In this document: positions 46,674 through 56,402 of the stretch, in pieces | How positions within the stretch are numbered: position 1 is the stretch's first letter | How the letters are laid out: every line of letters begins with the position of its first letter | Assembly: GCA_965657355.1 (NCBI GenBank) | Contig: CBFHOE010000007.1 | Coordinates: 128,001-192,000, forward strand | Origin: Limisphaerales bacterium | Lineage (GTDB): Bacteria > Verrucomicrobiota > Verrucomicrobiia > Limisphaerales > JAJOIW01 | Length of the DNA stretch: 64,000 nt | Reading direction: 5' to 3' | The notes under the pieces: model-generated | Told to the model about the DNA's origin: nothing | Databases searched by the model: none | What the model saw: only the letters and a program-made list of their open reading frames with translations | Program-made: the position numbers and the translations under genes

Positions 46674-49600
46674 TTATTGGTATTGCCAATGAGGAGATGA
46701 AAAGAGGAGACCAATGAGCCCACCGACTCTTCGATAGTAATCAGAATATCTCCTTGTTAGGGGGCGCCTTCTTCCTTGGACATTGGTTTCTGCATACTCT
46801 ATGAACAATTGAATATTTTCTTCTCCAAGTGTCCCTTGGAATAAATGCTTATCGAAAAATCGAACAATTTCATCAGCTGTCTCCAGGTTATTCTTCTCGA
46901 GAAACTCAGCAGGGTCCCAAGAAACATCATCGTCACCGTTAGAAGATATACGGTTCGCAAAGTTAATGCGCTCCAACAAAGCAGAGGTACTTATCCAATC
47001 GAATCCGTATTCAGACCACCCGTCAGGTTCATCTCGAGTGAACAAATGCATCCCCATTTCATCATTGTAATCAGGTAAAGGTGTTTCTTTAATTTCACCT
47101 TCAATGGCTCTTATTGAGCTGTTGATATACTCAATTGGGGTTTTGACTTTACTTCGATAATATGAGTTTGACCAAAATGGACCAGACATATCCTCAGGGT
47201 CCAAAATCACCTTCATCACCTCCCCAATATGGCCACCGGTAGTTTTCCATACTTCCATGCATTCTTGAAGAAGTTCAACAAGATCAACTGGTGCTTCACC
47301 TAAATGATAAGTTTCTAATGTGATATCATCTGAAACGAATTTGTTGATAAGTTTGATGCAAATAAATTCTCTAGTCGAAATGTGATTAGCCATCATTTTA
47401 ATGACGTCCTGAGCATCCTTGAGTCCTTCCAAACCACGTCTACCACTTGGCACAACCATTTCCCAGTCAGTGTCCTTGAAGAGCGTTTTTTCTCCACGGT
47501 CGTGATCATCGGGATTAAAACGAAAAGCCCATGCTCCGTTGGCATCTCCATTTTCAATGCTCCCTTCTACCAAGTTTCGTTTTACGATCTTGGGCAGAAT
47601 TGACAAATCGGAACTCGTCAAGTTCACATTGTGCCCTTGGATCGCGATAACATTTTCAGCACCCTCAAAATTAAGGATGTCGGAAAACAGGGCTAAAGAA
47701 ATGGTTTCATAATTCCCACGTGCTTCGTGATTTCTGGAGGCAAGTTCATCGAATGCGGGTGGATAACCAGCCATTTCCATTGATTGACTTCTTGAAATTT
47801 CCACTCCATTCAGATAAGCGACGTATCCATCATCGTAATCTATGGCAAATACCAGATTCTTGAGATCCTCAGGGCTTTCGAGTTTGAAAGATTTACGTAG
47901 ATAGACAGAAGCGTAATTTCCTCTCATATCGGAGAGTCTTGTTCTGTCATCCCTGTCTCCATAACCAATACCAGTCCTTCCCCTGAGCCATTTACTATCA
48001 TCGTAGTCTATTTGAGCCCAGCGCGTTGTGGGTGCCCCGGTATTATCAGGGGTCGGCTCCAGAGTTCCTTTGGAATACCTCCAAATACTACTCAGTGGAA
48101 CAATGTTCTCTTCATCAAACTCTACATTAGGAGTTGTAAATGGATTAGTTGCGCTTTCTGGATAAGGTTTTAGATCTTGAGGCCAAACCTTTCTCACAGT
48201 CCACCCAGTAAAGCATCTGGCAAGCTCTTCAATATCCTCCTGGTCATATCTATTGTCGACCCCAAAGGCAAAAAGTTCGAGAATTTCTCGAGCATAATTT
48301 TCGTTTGGGCCCGTTTTTGTATTAGTTATATTGTCCAGATAAATAAGCTGAGGGACACTAGTCGCGCTATACATCAAGAGATCCTCGAATTTACCGAGCG
48401 CATTATTAAAGAAGAAATCGTATTCTAAATATTCCGCCTGAGAAGCTTCTGAGCGAGCTTGATTTCGACTCATGGCTTCTTGACCATTTGAGTTATCCAA
48501 ATCCTCGAAATAGTCTGCGACCTTATCATAATCAGTGGTGAAATGGTTTTCCCAAAACTCTCCTAAAACGGCTTGAAGCTGATTTGGAGCGTATATCCCT
48601 CTGACATGCGCCAGCTGTTGAAGACTTGATATTCCGGAAATTCGCTGCACCGGAGGGACGTCTAAAGATGTCCTTGTGAACAATTCAGCAATCATGGAGG
48701 CGTCACTACTTGTTAGTTCCACGTTGTGAGTTTGAATCGCTATGACATTCACTCCCTCATTGAGGTATTTAAGCTTATCAGTGATGTCGAACTCTTCAAA
48801 CCCGCGAGCTTCGTGTCCATCAGTGGCCGGAGAATTATAAAAGGAAGAATCTACATTTGCCTTTGCAACAAGGCGCCCGTTGATCCATGCAACAAAACCA
48901 TCGTCGTAATTGACTCGAAGTATCAATTTTTCAATTTCATCAGCTTCGAAAATGACGAATTTCTTTCTGATGGCAAACGTGAGATACCCGTCTGGGTTTT
49001 CTTCAGTTTGTCTCATGTCTTCAAAATAAGTATTGTCATCTCCATCACCATATCCAAAACCAGCGGGTCCTTTTGGCCAGCTTGAATCATCAAAATCCAT
49101 TTTTCTCCAGTTGGAAGGTGGTGCGGAAGTCCCCTTGCGGTACGACCATTGTGAAAACCTGGGAACAAGAATGCCTTCTTTACTGGGTTGGTATTGTTCA
49201 AAAAGATCATTCTCAGTCCGATGCAAAACGACCGATTCCGATTCTGATATAAGACCGGGGCTTAATTGCTGGCTGACGTAGCTTGAAATTCCAGATTCAT
49301 CAATTTCAAGTAGAGTAGAAACTGTTGGACCATATGCTATCCTATTGAGCAGATGTCCGGGCCGGTTGGAAGATGAAATTAGATCCAGAGTTATTTGCCC
49401 ATCAAACTTAAAGTGGTCTTCCCCGGTATATTCAGCTTCCGGCTGGGAACCTCCAGATACGAGCCTGAGCACCAGGAATACATTTTTTCGGGGTTCAGGG
49501 ATGGATATTTGCAGTGATCCCCCGGCTTTTCCCAGTGGCCCTGAAACGACGTTAGGACCTCCAGTGAAATTGATATCCGTCCGCTCCTCAAGAACGGCCC

Positions 49601-49775
49601 AGTCATATCCAGGCGGCAAGGATGCATTTATCGTCAAATTCCCGGCTTCAAGAACCGAATTCTCGACATTCAGTCGATTCGATTGCCCATTTACAGGCAG
49701 ATTACCCGAGCAAACCAGCACCAATGATAAGACCGTGGCTTTGACAAAACGGCCCAAAATTCTAGTATTTTTCAT
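46674..49775 (-). CDS. DUF1800 family protein carrying two inserted beta-sandwich modules
   Basis: HLLNRIAYGP, FWENHF, YLDN, PNENYAREILELF, ELARCFTGW, KVKTPIEY, PDGW; directly upstream of DUF1501. Confidence 0.87.
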   Translation of the reverse strand: MKNTRILGRFVKATVLSLVLVCSGNLPVNGQSNRLNVENSVLEAGNLTINASLPPGYDWAVLEERTDINFTGGPNVVSGPLGKAGGSLQISIPEPRKNVFLVLRLVSGGSQPEAEYTGEDHFKFDGQITLDLISSSNRPGHLLNRIAYGPTVSTLLEIDESGISSYVSQQLSPGLISESESVVLHRTENDLFEQYQPSKEGILVPRFSQWSYRKGTSAPPSNWRKMDFDDSSWPKGPAGFGYGDGDDNTYFEDMRQTEENPDGYLTFAIRKKFVIFEADEIEKLILRVNYDDGFVAWINGRLVAKANVDSSFYNSPATDGHEARGFEEFDITDKLKYLNEGVNVIAIQTHNVELTSSDASMIAELFTRTSLDVPPVQRISGISSLQQLAHVRGIYAPNQLQAVLGEFWENHFTTDYDKVADYFEDLDNSNGQEAMSRNQARSEASQAEYLEYDFFFNNALGKFEDLLMYSATSVPQLIYLDNITNTKTGPNENYAREILELFAFGVDNRYDQEDIEELARCFTGWTVRKVWPQDLKPYPESATNPFTTPNVEFDEENIVPLSSIWRYSKGTLEPTPDNTGAPTTRWAQIDYDDSKWLRGRTGIGYGDRDDRTRLSDMRGNYASVYLRKSFKLESPEDLKNLVFAIDYDDGYVAYLNGVEISRSQSMEMAGYPPAFDELASRNHEARGNYETISLALFSDILNFEGAENVIAIQGHNVNLTSSDLSILPKIVKRNLVEGSIENGDANGAWAFRFNPDDHDRGEKTLFKDTDWEMVVPSGRRGLEGLKDAQDVIKMMANHISTREFICIKLINKFVSDDITLETYHLGEAPVDLVELLQECMEVWKTTGGHIGEVMKVILDPEDMSGPFWSNSYYRSKVKTPIEYINSSIRAIEGEIKETPLPDYNDEMGMHLFTRDEPDGWSEYGFDWISTSALLERINFANRISSNGDDDVSWDPAEFLEKNNLETADEIVRFFDKHLFQGTLGEENIQLFIEYAETNVQGRRRPLTRRYSDYYRRVGGLIGLLFSSPHWQYQ

Positions 49776-50065
49776 CTAAATATTGCCTAACCTGAAATTC
49801 TACCCAAAGTGGCACACTCAGCTATCTGCCCTGGAATTGAACGGTCCATGAACCTTGATTTTGGACCGTGAAAGCCTCGTAACAACCACTAAATATACAT
49901 AGCATATACAATGAAACTGCGCTAGAGGGTCCCGTAGGAAATTTTAAAATAATTTCAATCTAGGCGCTCAACCACGAAATGCCATCTCAACAAAGCGGAA
50001 GATTTAAGGACAAATTAACAGATAATTCGGGAAAAATTGGAAAAATGTAAACAATAGTTAAAAAA

Positions 50066-51151
50066 TCAACGATTGAGGTCGGATACGGATCCTGATTTAA
50101 CTTCCCAAAATTTCCAATTATTGGACTTCTCCTTTAAAGAGTCTGCATCTGTGGACGTAAGAAATACCTGAGAACCGCCATGATTTACGCTCTCAAGCAG
50201 AGGAATAAAAGCCGCTTTTCTCACCTTATCGAGTTCACCAAAAACATCATCGATTAATAAAATTGGAGGGTATCCAAACATCTGTTTTAAAAGTTCAACT
50301 TGAGAGAGTTTTAATGCAATAACGATGGACCTCTGTTGCCCTTCACTGGCAAAAGTATCGGCTTGGAGGTTATTTATGGTTAGTGATAGATCGTCCCGAT
50401 GCGGGCCAACAGAAGTCGTCCCGTATTGTATGTCTCTTTTTTGGGCCCTGTTGAGTTCCCCTTCAAAGTCTTCTTTTACACTTGGTTTATAGGTGATTTG
50501 CAAACTCTCTTCTCCACCTGAAGTAATCTGGGAGATTGAATTACGAGTTAGGGAGTTGAGCCTCGGGACCAAAGCTCTTCTCGTTTGGATTAAATTATTA
50601 CCAAGCTTGACCAACTGGTAAGAAAAAGACTCTAACAAAGCAGAATCAATAGTGCTTCTTTTGAGTAAAGAATTTCGATGTTTCAGCGCTCTGGCATAGG
50701 CTTGGAGATTTTCCAAATAGCCAACTTCAATTTGGGTGCAAATGAGGTCTAGAAATCTTCTTCTAAATCTACCTGAACCTCGAACCAATTGAATGTCTTC
50801 AGATGAAAAAATCACGCCCTTGATTACCCCGAGATAGTCCTTGAGAGAAGCGACTGGTTCCTCGTTCAGGCTAAGTTTTCGACCATCATTTCCCCAATAA
50901 TATTTCACACGCGCCTCAATCTCACTTTGAACAATCCCTCCAATAAAATAACCTTTCTGGTTTTTCAAAACCATATCTTGGTGCCTGGAACCACGGTAGG
51001 ATTTCATCGTAACCAGCATATAGATTGCTTCGAGGAGATTTGATTTACCCTGCCCATTTATGCCAACTAATGCATTCACGCCCGAGCCTACCGACCAATC
51101 AAGTCGTCGATAATTTCGAAAGGACCTTAATTTCAACTCTTTAAGCAACAT
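50066..51151 (-). CDS. recF: DNA replication/repair protein RecF
   Basis: SFRNY, Walker A GINGQGKSNLLEAI, RRRFLD, GPHRDDL, ASEGQQRS, Walker B PILLIDDVFGELD. Confidence 0.95.
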   Translation of the reverse strand: MLLKELKLRSFRNYRRLDWSVGSGVNALVGINGQGKSNLLEAIYMLVTMKSYRGSRHQDMVLKNQKGYFIGGIVQSEIEARVKYYWGNDGRKLSLNEEPVASLKDYLGVIKGVIFSSEDIQLVRGSGRFRRRFLDLICTQIEVGYLENLQAYARALKHRNSLLKRSTIDSALLESFSYQLVKLGNNLIQTRRALVPRLNSLTRNSISQITSGGEESLQITYKPSVKEDFEGELNRAQKRDIQYGTTSVGPHRDDLSLTINNLQADTFASEGQQRSIVIALKLSQVELLKQMFGYPPILLIDDVFGELDKVRKAAFIPLLESVNHGGSQVFLTSTDADSLKEKSNNWKFWEVKSGSVSDLNR

Positions 51152-51209
51152 GAATAAATTTCACGATTAAGAAAGAAGGACGATATTCAGGGCAGCAAAA
51201 GGAACCTTA

Positions 51210-52793
51210 TTAATCGAATCTTAGGTAACCTTCAATTTTCGACACCCACTCCTGCTCGAAATCAAACTTATCCCATGTTGCAGGATTTTCTAAGACACAA
51301 CAAACTGATTCTAATTGAAAGGACAGGTCTTCTATTCTGGATCTACCATAATTCGCCGTAGCATCACCGGAAATCATAAACAACCAATCGCTAGACTCTA
51401 ATAAGTAAAGCAACTTAAACCCCAATTCGCTAATTTGACTAAAATATGAATTGTTTAAATTATTATCAAAACAAGCGTGTAATTTTAAAAATTTTTTTCT
51501 TAGCAAGGTAATCTTTGAAACTTCAGATATATTTTTATTATTTATCCAATGACGGTAATCTCGCCCTCCCCCCCAACTGGATGCTATGGCCTCGATTCCC
51601 AAAGAAGATCTTGAATCAGAATGCGCCCCGTCTTTTTGGGATTGAAAAAATTGCGTTGGAGTCATCCATTTTGGGGCTGATTGATTAACCATTCCATTTT
51701 TAGTGAAGAGCTTATTTAAGCTTCTCAAAAATTCGGGCCCCTCAAACCACCAATGCCCAAATAATTCAGCGTCAAAAGCAAATACATTAAAAGGATCCTT
51801 GTCTGAATCGCCTTGAAAACCCAACCACGAATTTGATTTATGGAAGAAATCACTAGCATGCTCCTTAACTCTTTCCGTAGCGAAATTCGGTTTGTATGTA
51901 TTCCCATCAATCGAGGTTAGTTTAATTCCGGTGTATTCGGGAGTCCGCTGACCGGGGGTAAAAGACGATAAATAAGAATGGTCACATTCGAATCCAATAT
52001 CACGATGAAAATCTCTATAAATTGAATCAGCTGGGTACCCGCGTTGTGAATCCCAAATTAATCGAGCGCCATCCTGATGACGCAAAACAACATTCAAGCC
52101 AGAATCAGTCGCGAAATGCGATTGCCGAAAATCCTTGTGAATCCCCGGCTCTGGCTCTAGCACTACCCATTCAACTCCATTTGCTAGAAGATGATTTTCT
52201 AACTGCAAATCCCAAGCGCATTCAGGCAACCAAAAACCTTTTGGCCTAATTCCAAAACATCTCTGAATGGCATCTTGGCCTAATCTAATGTGATTATTTA
52301 AGTGCTGACTTTCATCCAAGAGAAAAGGAAGGATGCTATGAGATACAGATGTTGCTATGATGTCAACATGGCCTTTTCTAGATAATTTTCTCCACTCCGA
52401 TATCAAATCCCCATTTAATTCGTACCAATTACCGAGGATGTTTGAATAATACTTTTGGTAGTGCTCGCAGACTGCTTTCTCATGCTTTGAGTAATAATTA
52501 CGAATGGCTTCACTCTTCGCGAGTTTTATACGGGATTTGAGATATCGTTCAAACCCATCGCAAATTTCTTGTGAAGAGAGCATGCTAAGTAAAGGAGCGC
52601 TACAACTTAATATGAATTTCAATTCATATTGATTGTTTGATATACCTGAAAAAGCATTGGTTAGCGGCAAATATGATTCTGCCAGGCATTCATAAAACCA
52701 CCAAATGCCATAATCATTTAAAGCTTGCTGATCTCTGAACCAAGGGAGATGGGCATGCAATAAAAAACAGTGCGCACCTTTAGACAAAAGCAT
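51210..52793 (-). CDS. GH57 1,4-alpha-glucan branching enzyme-like protein (DUF1957 C-terminus)
   Basis: LHAHLPW, ESYLPL, GFWLPECAW (catalytic Glu), YRDFHRDIG, FDAELFGHWWFEGP (catalytic Asp), SSWG, ESSDWLF. Confidence 0.88.
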   Translation of the reverse strand: MLLSKGAHCFLLHAHLPWFRDQQALNDYGIWWFYECLAESYLPLTNAFSGISNNQYELKFILSCSAPLLSMLSSQEICDGFERYLKSRIKLAKSEAIRNYYSKHEKAVCEHYQKYYSNILGNWYELNGDLISEWRKLSRKGHVDIIATSVSHSILPFLLDESQHLNNHIRLGQDAIQRCFGIRPKGFWLPECAWDLQLENHLLANGVEWVVLEPEPGIHKDFRQSHFATDSGLNVVLRHQDGARLIWDSQRGYPADSIYRDFHRDIGFECDHSYLSSFTPGQRTPEYTGIKLTSIDGNTYKPNFATERVKEHASDFFHKSNSWLGFQGDSDKDPFNVFAFDAELFGHWWFEGPEFLRSLNKLFTKNGMVNQSAPKWMTPTQFFQSQKDGAHSDSRSSLGIEAIASSWGGGRDYRHWINNKNISEVSKITLLRKKFLKLHACFDNNLNNSYFSQISELGFKLLYLLESSDWLFMISGDATANYGRSRIEDLSFQLESVCCVLENPATWDKFDFEQEWVSKIEGYLRFD

Positions 52794-52825
52794 AATCTAA
52801 TTGATGGATTTTAAAAATCGTCAAA

Positions 52826-53710
52826 CTATTGATCCACTTGACTGCTAACCGAGGAGAATAGTTTAATTTCGCGCACCTCTCTATGCTTACCATCCGCCGA
52901 TACAATCGAAAGGTGCCCAGTAATTGTTTTGCTATTTTCTGGTGATTTTATTCTAAGTGAATAGGAACCGTTGTTAACGTCGACTCTCTTTCCATTCCAA
53001 AATATTTGAACTCCGTGATCGACCTTGCCATATAGTGAAAACTCAGTAACCAAAATACTTTTATCGAGTTTTTGCCCCTCATTTGGTCGCTCACTATTTG
53101 TAATTCCAGATGTTTCTGAATTCGATGGCACACCATCATCAGTATATTTTTTTTCAATTACTTCTTCAGATTTTATTTCGTATTGTTTGGAGGACAAGCT
53201 CATTGGGGAAGACAGGGGCTCGGAATAGGAAATCTGGCTTCCTGAGCCGATAGAAAGGTCATTCGATGCCTGGTTATGCCAAACCTCCGAATGATTAAAA
53301 GGGAAATCATATTTTTGAAAACCTTCGTACGCCTTTTGCCTATTGGAAGTGCTGGATTGTGCATTACCAGGCCATATTCCTTTACTCAAGCAGCACCAAT
53401 TCTTGTTTTTAGAGTTTATAAAAAATCCAAATTCAACTTCTAGGGAAATAAATTCATTTGGCAATGGGACAAGCCACCCTGATGCCTGGTCTGCAACATC
53501 AATGACGGTGGTTGGAGAATTCTTGTTTGATGATAATTTTAATTTCAGCCCACTCTCATCAAAGGTTTTTAAAATTTCACACAATTCCGAAAAACCCCAA
53601 TCCCAAACAACGTATACCCAGCCATCGCCCCTCGGAATCAATCCTAGCTCTCTAGGAATCATAGTGGCCCCCGCCTGTGCTAGAAGGTGAGATTTTTTAT
53701 CTGAACTCAT
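52826..53710 (-). CDS. Probable DUF4912-domain protein (divergent)
   Basis: LGLIPRGDGWVYVVWD resembles the DUF4912 core (LxxRDPxWxYxYW); Ser-rich linker; C-terminal Ig-like segment; position upstream of a GH57 branching enzyme fits known synteny. Confidence 0.6.
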   Translation of the reverse strand: MSSDKKSHLLAQAGATMIPRELGLIPRGDGWVYVVWDWGFSELCEILKTFDESGLKLKLSSNKNSPTTVIDVADQASGWLVPLPNEFISLEVEFGFFINSKNKNWCCLSKGIWPGNAQSSTSNRQKAYEGFQKYDFPFNHSEVWHNQASNDLSIGSGSQISYSEPLSSPMSLSSKQYEIKSEEVIEKKYTDDGVPSNSETSGITNSERPNEGQKLDKSILVTEFSLYGKVDHGVQIFWNGKRVDVNNGSYSLRIKSPENSKTITGHLSIVSADGKHREVREIKLFSSVSSQVDQ

Positions 53711-53803
53711 AAAGTATCTATTGTAGAGGTGTGATGCGCATGGCCCGGATTACGAAAAGGTTTCTGTAAATTAAATTCATTTCCAGATGAACAAATTTCA
53801 TGG

Positions 53804-54544
53804 TTGAATATTGGTAAGGTGTTTACAAGTTTAAAAGAACTTTTCAATGCAAATCATGAATCTATTCTGGTCATCCTCCGGACTTCAGAATCTGCACATG
53901 ACTTCCTCGAGAAAATCAGGAAGTCGGACCACAACTATATCAACCTAGCCATTTACTTTCTTGATGAGGCAGTTGTAGCCACCCAGGATCAAACATTTAC
54001 AAATATGCTCCCCATTGAAGGAACGTATTTCTCATGCAGTTTTGCCTCAGAGAATTTAGGAGTGGAACCTTCGGAGAACGTTCATATTGTCGGACTGTCA
54101 ATGCTTGCCAAATTACTGGATAATTATGAGGTGCTGCTTTATGAGTCGACTGAAAAACAATTAATTCTTGAATCGCTTCAACCGGGACTTAAACCCATCA
54201 AGTTCTCATTCGGAATGGATAGCTTCCGCAAGAGCTCATACACACTGGAACCGCTGCGACTTGCTGCAGGCTTAGCTCCCTGGACAAAAAGGTCATTGAG
54301 ACTAAATTACAATACTTCAAGCAATCTAGTTCGGAACGAATCGATTGAACTCTCGCATTTACTAGCTTCCGACTTCTCAAATTACCTGAGAATTTTAAAT
54401 GATTATCAAGTAACATACACGAGTAACCATGAGGGGAAAAATGGCATTCAGGATGCGAATTTCAAAACCATAATCAGTGAACTTTCAAAATTACCTCTCT
54501 TGAAAGAGGAAATCAATTCTGATGAAATCCAAATAAAAATCTAA
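53804..54544 (+). CDS. Hypothetical protein, possibly a fusion of two DsrE/F-like domains
   Basis: IYFLDEAV...YFSCSFAS...GLSMLAKLL pattern resembles DsrE/TusD; second half (EPLRLAAGL) resembles a DsrF/E-type helix. Start uncertain. Confidence 0.45.
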   Translation: MNIGKVFTSLKELFNANHESILVILRTSESAHDFLEKIRKSDHNYINLAIYFLDEAVVATQDQTFTNMLPIEGTYFSCSFASENLGVEPSENVHIVGLSMLAKLLDNYEVLLYESTEKQLILESLQPGLKPIKFSFGMDSFRKSSYTLEPLRLAAGLAPWTKRSLRLNYNTSSNLVRNESIELSHLLASDFSNYLRILNDYQVTYTSNHEGKNGIQDANFKTIISELSKLPLLKEEINSDEIQIKI

Positions 54545-54934
54545 TCATCAAAATTTTGTTTATCATATAAAAGTAAAATTCCGGACAATTTTAAATCCAT
54601 TGGGAATACCTTGTATGATACCATCATCAGCAGATGGCATTGAGCTTGGAGTGTTGGAATAAGGGACGCACGACTTTGAGGATCTCACCATACCCATTCC
54701 AAAACGATAAACATTCTTCGAAACCCACACACAAGATAATATCTTTTTATCTATACTGACCAATGGGGTGAGAACCTAATCCTATATTTTAGGGGCACCA
54801 ATAGTAATTATATTATTTAGAGGATCAGCACCGACGAATACACACATATAACGAAACCAATCAAAAATAATAATTAAAATAGAGCTTTCGTTTGATAAAA
54901 AAAATCTTTACAACTTCTCGATTATTACTGGGGT

Positions 54935-56383
54935 ATGACCGATAAAACATATTGCAAAAATTATAAAAGATATTTTTTCGTTCTGATGATAATCGGGATG
55001 GCTCCTTTTATATCATTTTCAAAGCCAAACATCATTTATCTTATCCTAGATGAGTGGGGGTATTATGAATGGTCCGGCATCGGTCATAAGAAAATTGAAA
55101 CCCCAAACATTGATCATTTTTCTACCCAATCAATGAGGTTCACCCAGTGTCTAGCAGGGGCTAGTGTGTGCGCCCCCACTAGATCTGTGCTCCTGACAGG
55201 TAAGCACCAGGGGAGGACTACTGTCAGAGCAAACAATGGTTTTACCCCGCTTAAAGCCTCCGACATAACTATTGCATCCTTATTAAAGAATGCAGGCTAC
55301 AAAACAGGAGGCTTTGGCAAATGGGGAATAGGCGGGAGGGGTTCAACTGGAGTTCCCGAAAAACACGGTTTTGATATTTTCTTTGGATATTATCATCAGG
55401 TCCACGCCCATAATTTTTTCCCCCCATACCTTATAAAGAATTCAGAGGAAATACCTCTTTCAGGGAATGAGCGAGGTGATTATTACAACGGAAAAACATA
55501 CGCGCAGGATGAAATTTTTAGTGAATCGATTAAGTTCATAGAAGACAACAAAGAAAACCCATTCTTTTGCTATCTACCATGGACTCCACCTCATGGATTG
55601 TGGGGAATCCCAGAAGAAGATCCTTCATGGAAACTTTTTAAGCACAAAAAAGGGTGGAATTATGGACAACAAACAAAAAAAGATGCACGCGTATATGCAG
55701 CAATGCTTCATATGGTAGATCGCCAATTCGGAAAAATTTTAGATTTACTTGAAAAACTTAATATTGCAGATGATACGATTATTTTTTTAAGTGGAGACAA
55801 TGGGGGCCAGGCTTACTTTCCGAGCAAAAACTATCCAAACGGATTCTTTGGACCAAATGTAGACCCACAAACTGGGAAAAGAATATTCCGTGGAGGCAAG
55901 GGGCAGATGTATGAAGGAGGATTGAGAGTGCCATTTATGGTTCGCTGGCCCGGAAAAATAAAAGCTGCATCAGTTTCAGATCATCTGAGTTCCTTTGCTG
56001 ATATTATGCCTACGATATGTGATTTGATATCAATTAAATGTCCAGAGGATACAACTGGAATATCATTTGCTCCTACCCTTTTGGGTGACGGCATCCAGAG
56101 AAACCACAAATATTTGTACTGGGAGCAAGGGAATGATTTTGCCGTCAGGGCCGGTTATTGGAAATTCTTGAAAGTAAAAAATAATGAAGAGCTCTATAAT
56201 CTCAGTGTGGATATTTCAGAGCAAAACAATGTGGCTACTAAACACCCTCGTATAACGAGCAAATTGCAAATTTTCGCCAAAGAAGCCCATAAAACTAATC
56301 AGTTAGGCCAATTTTATAGAACTGATCTCAATACCCGAGATAGAAAAGCCGCAGGGCCTAAACCAAAGCGTATTAAAAATTAA
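54935..56383 (+). CDS. Cys-type arylsulfatase
   Basis: PNIIYLILDEWG, CAPTRSVLLTG, GFGKWG, FFGYYHQVHAH, GDNG, YEGGLRVP. Confidence 0.93.
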   Translation: MTDKTYCKNYKRYFFVLMIIGMAPFISFSKPNIIYLILDEWGYYEWSGIGHKKIETPNIDHFSTQSMRFTQCLAGASVCAPTRSVLLTGKHQGRTTVRANNGFTPLKASDITIASLLKNAGYKTGGFGKWGIGGRGSTGVPEKHGFDIFFGYYHQVHAHNFFPPYLIKNSEEIPLSGNERGDYYNGKTYAQDEIFSESIKFIEDNKENPFFCYLPWTPPHGLWGIPEEDPSWKLFKHKKGWNYGQQTKKDARVYAAMLHMVDRQFGKILDLLEKLNIADDTIIFLSGDNGGQAYFPSKNYPNGFFGPNVDPQTGKRIFRGGKGQMYEGGLRVPFMVRWPGKIKAASVSDHLSSFADIMPTICDLISIKCPEDTTGISFAPTLLGDGIQRNHKYLYWEQGNDFAVRAGYWKFLKVKNNEELYNLSVDISEQNNVATKHPRITSKLQIFAKEAHKTNQLGQFYRTDLNTRDRKAAGPKPKRIKN

Positions 56384-56402
56384 AATAGATTCTTATACTA
56401 TT

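Noticed and set aside
49841..49869. 8-bp inverted repeat acggtcca / tggaccgt upstream of the DUF1800 gene
   Set aside because: 13-nt spacer, no U-tract and no second copy noticed; too weak to call an operator or terminator.
54563..54763. 66-aa minus-strand ORF in the 390-bp gap before the arylsulfatase
   Set aside because: Non-ATG start and no family resemblance. I also saw no convincing RNA structure in the gap.
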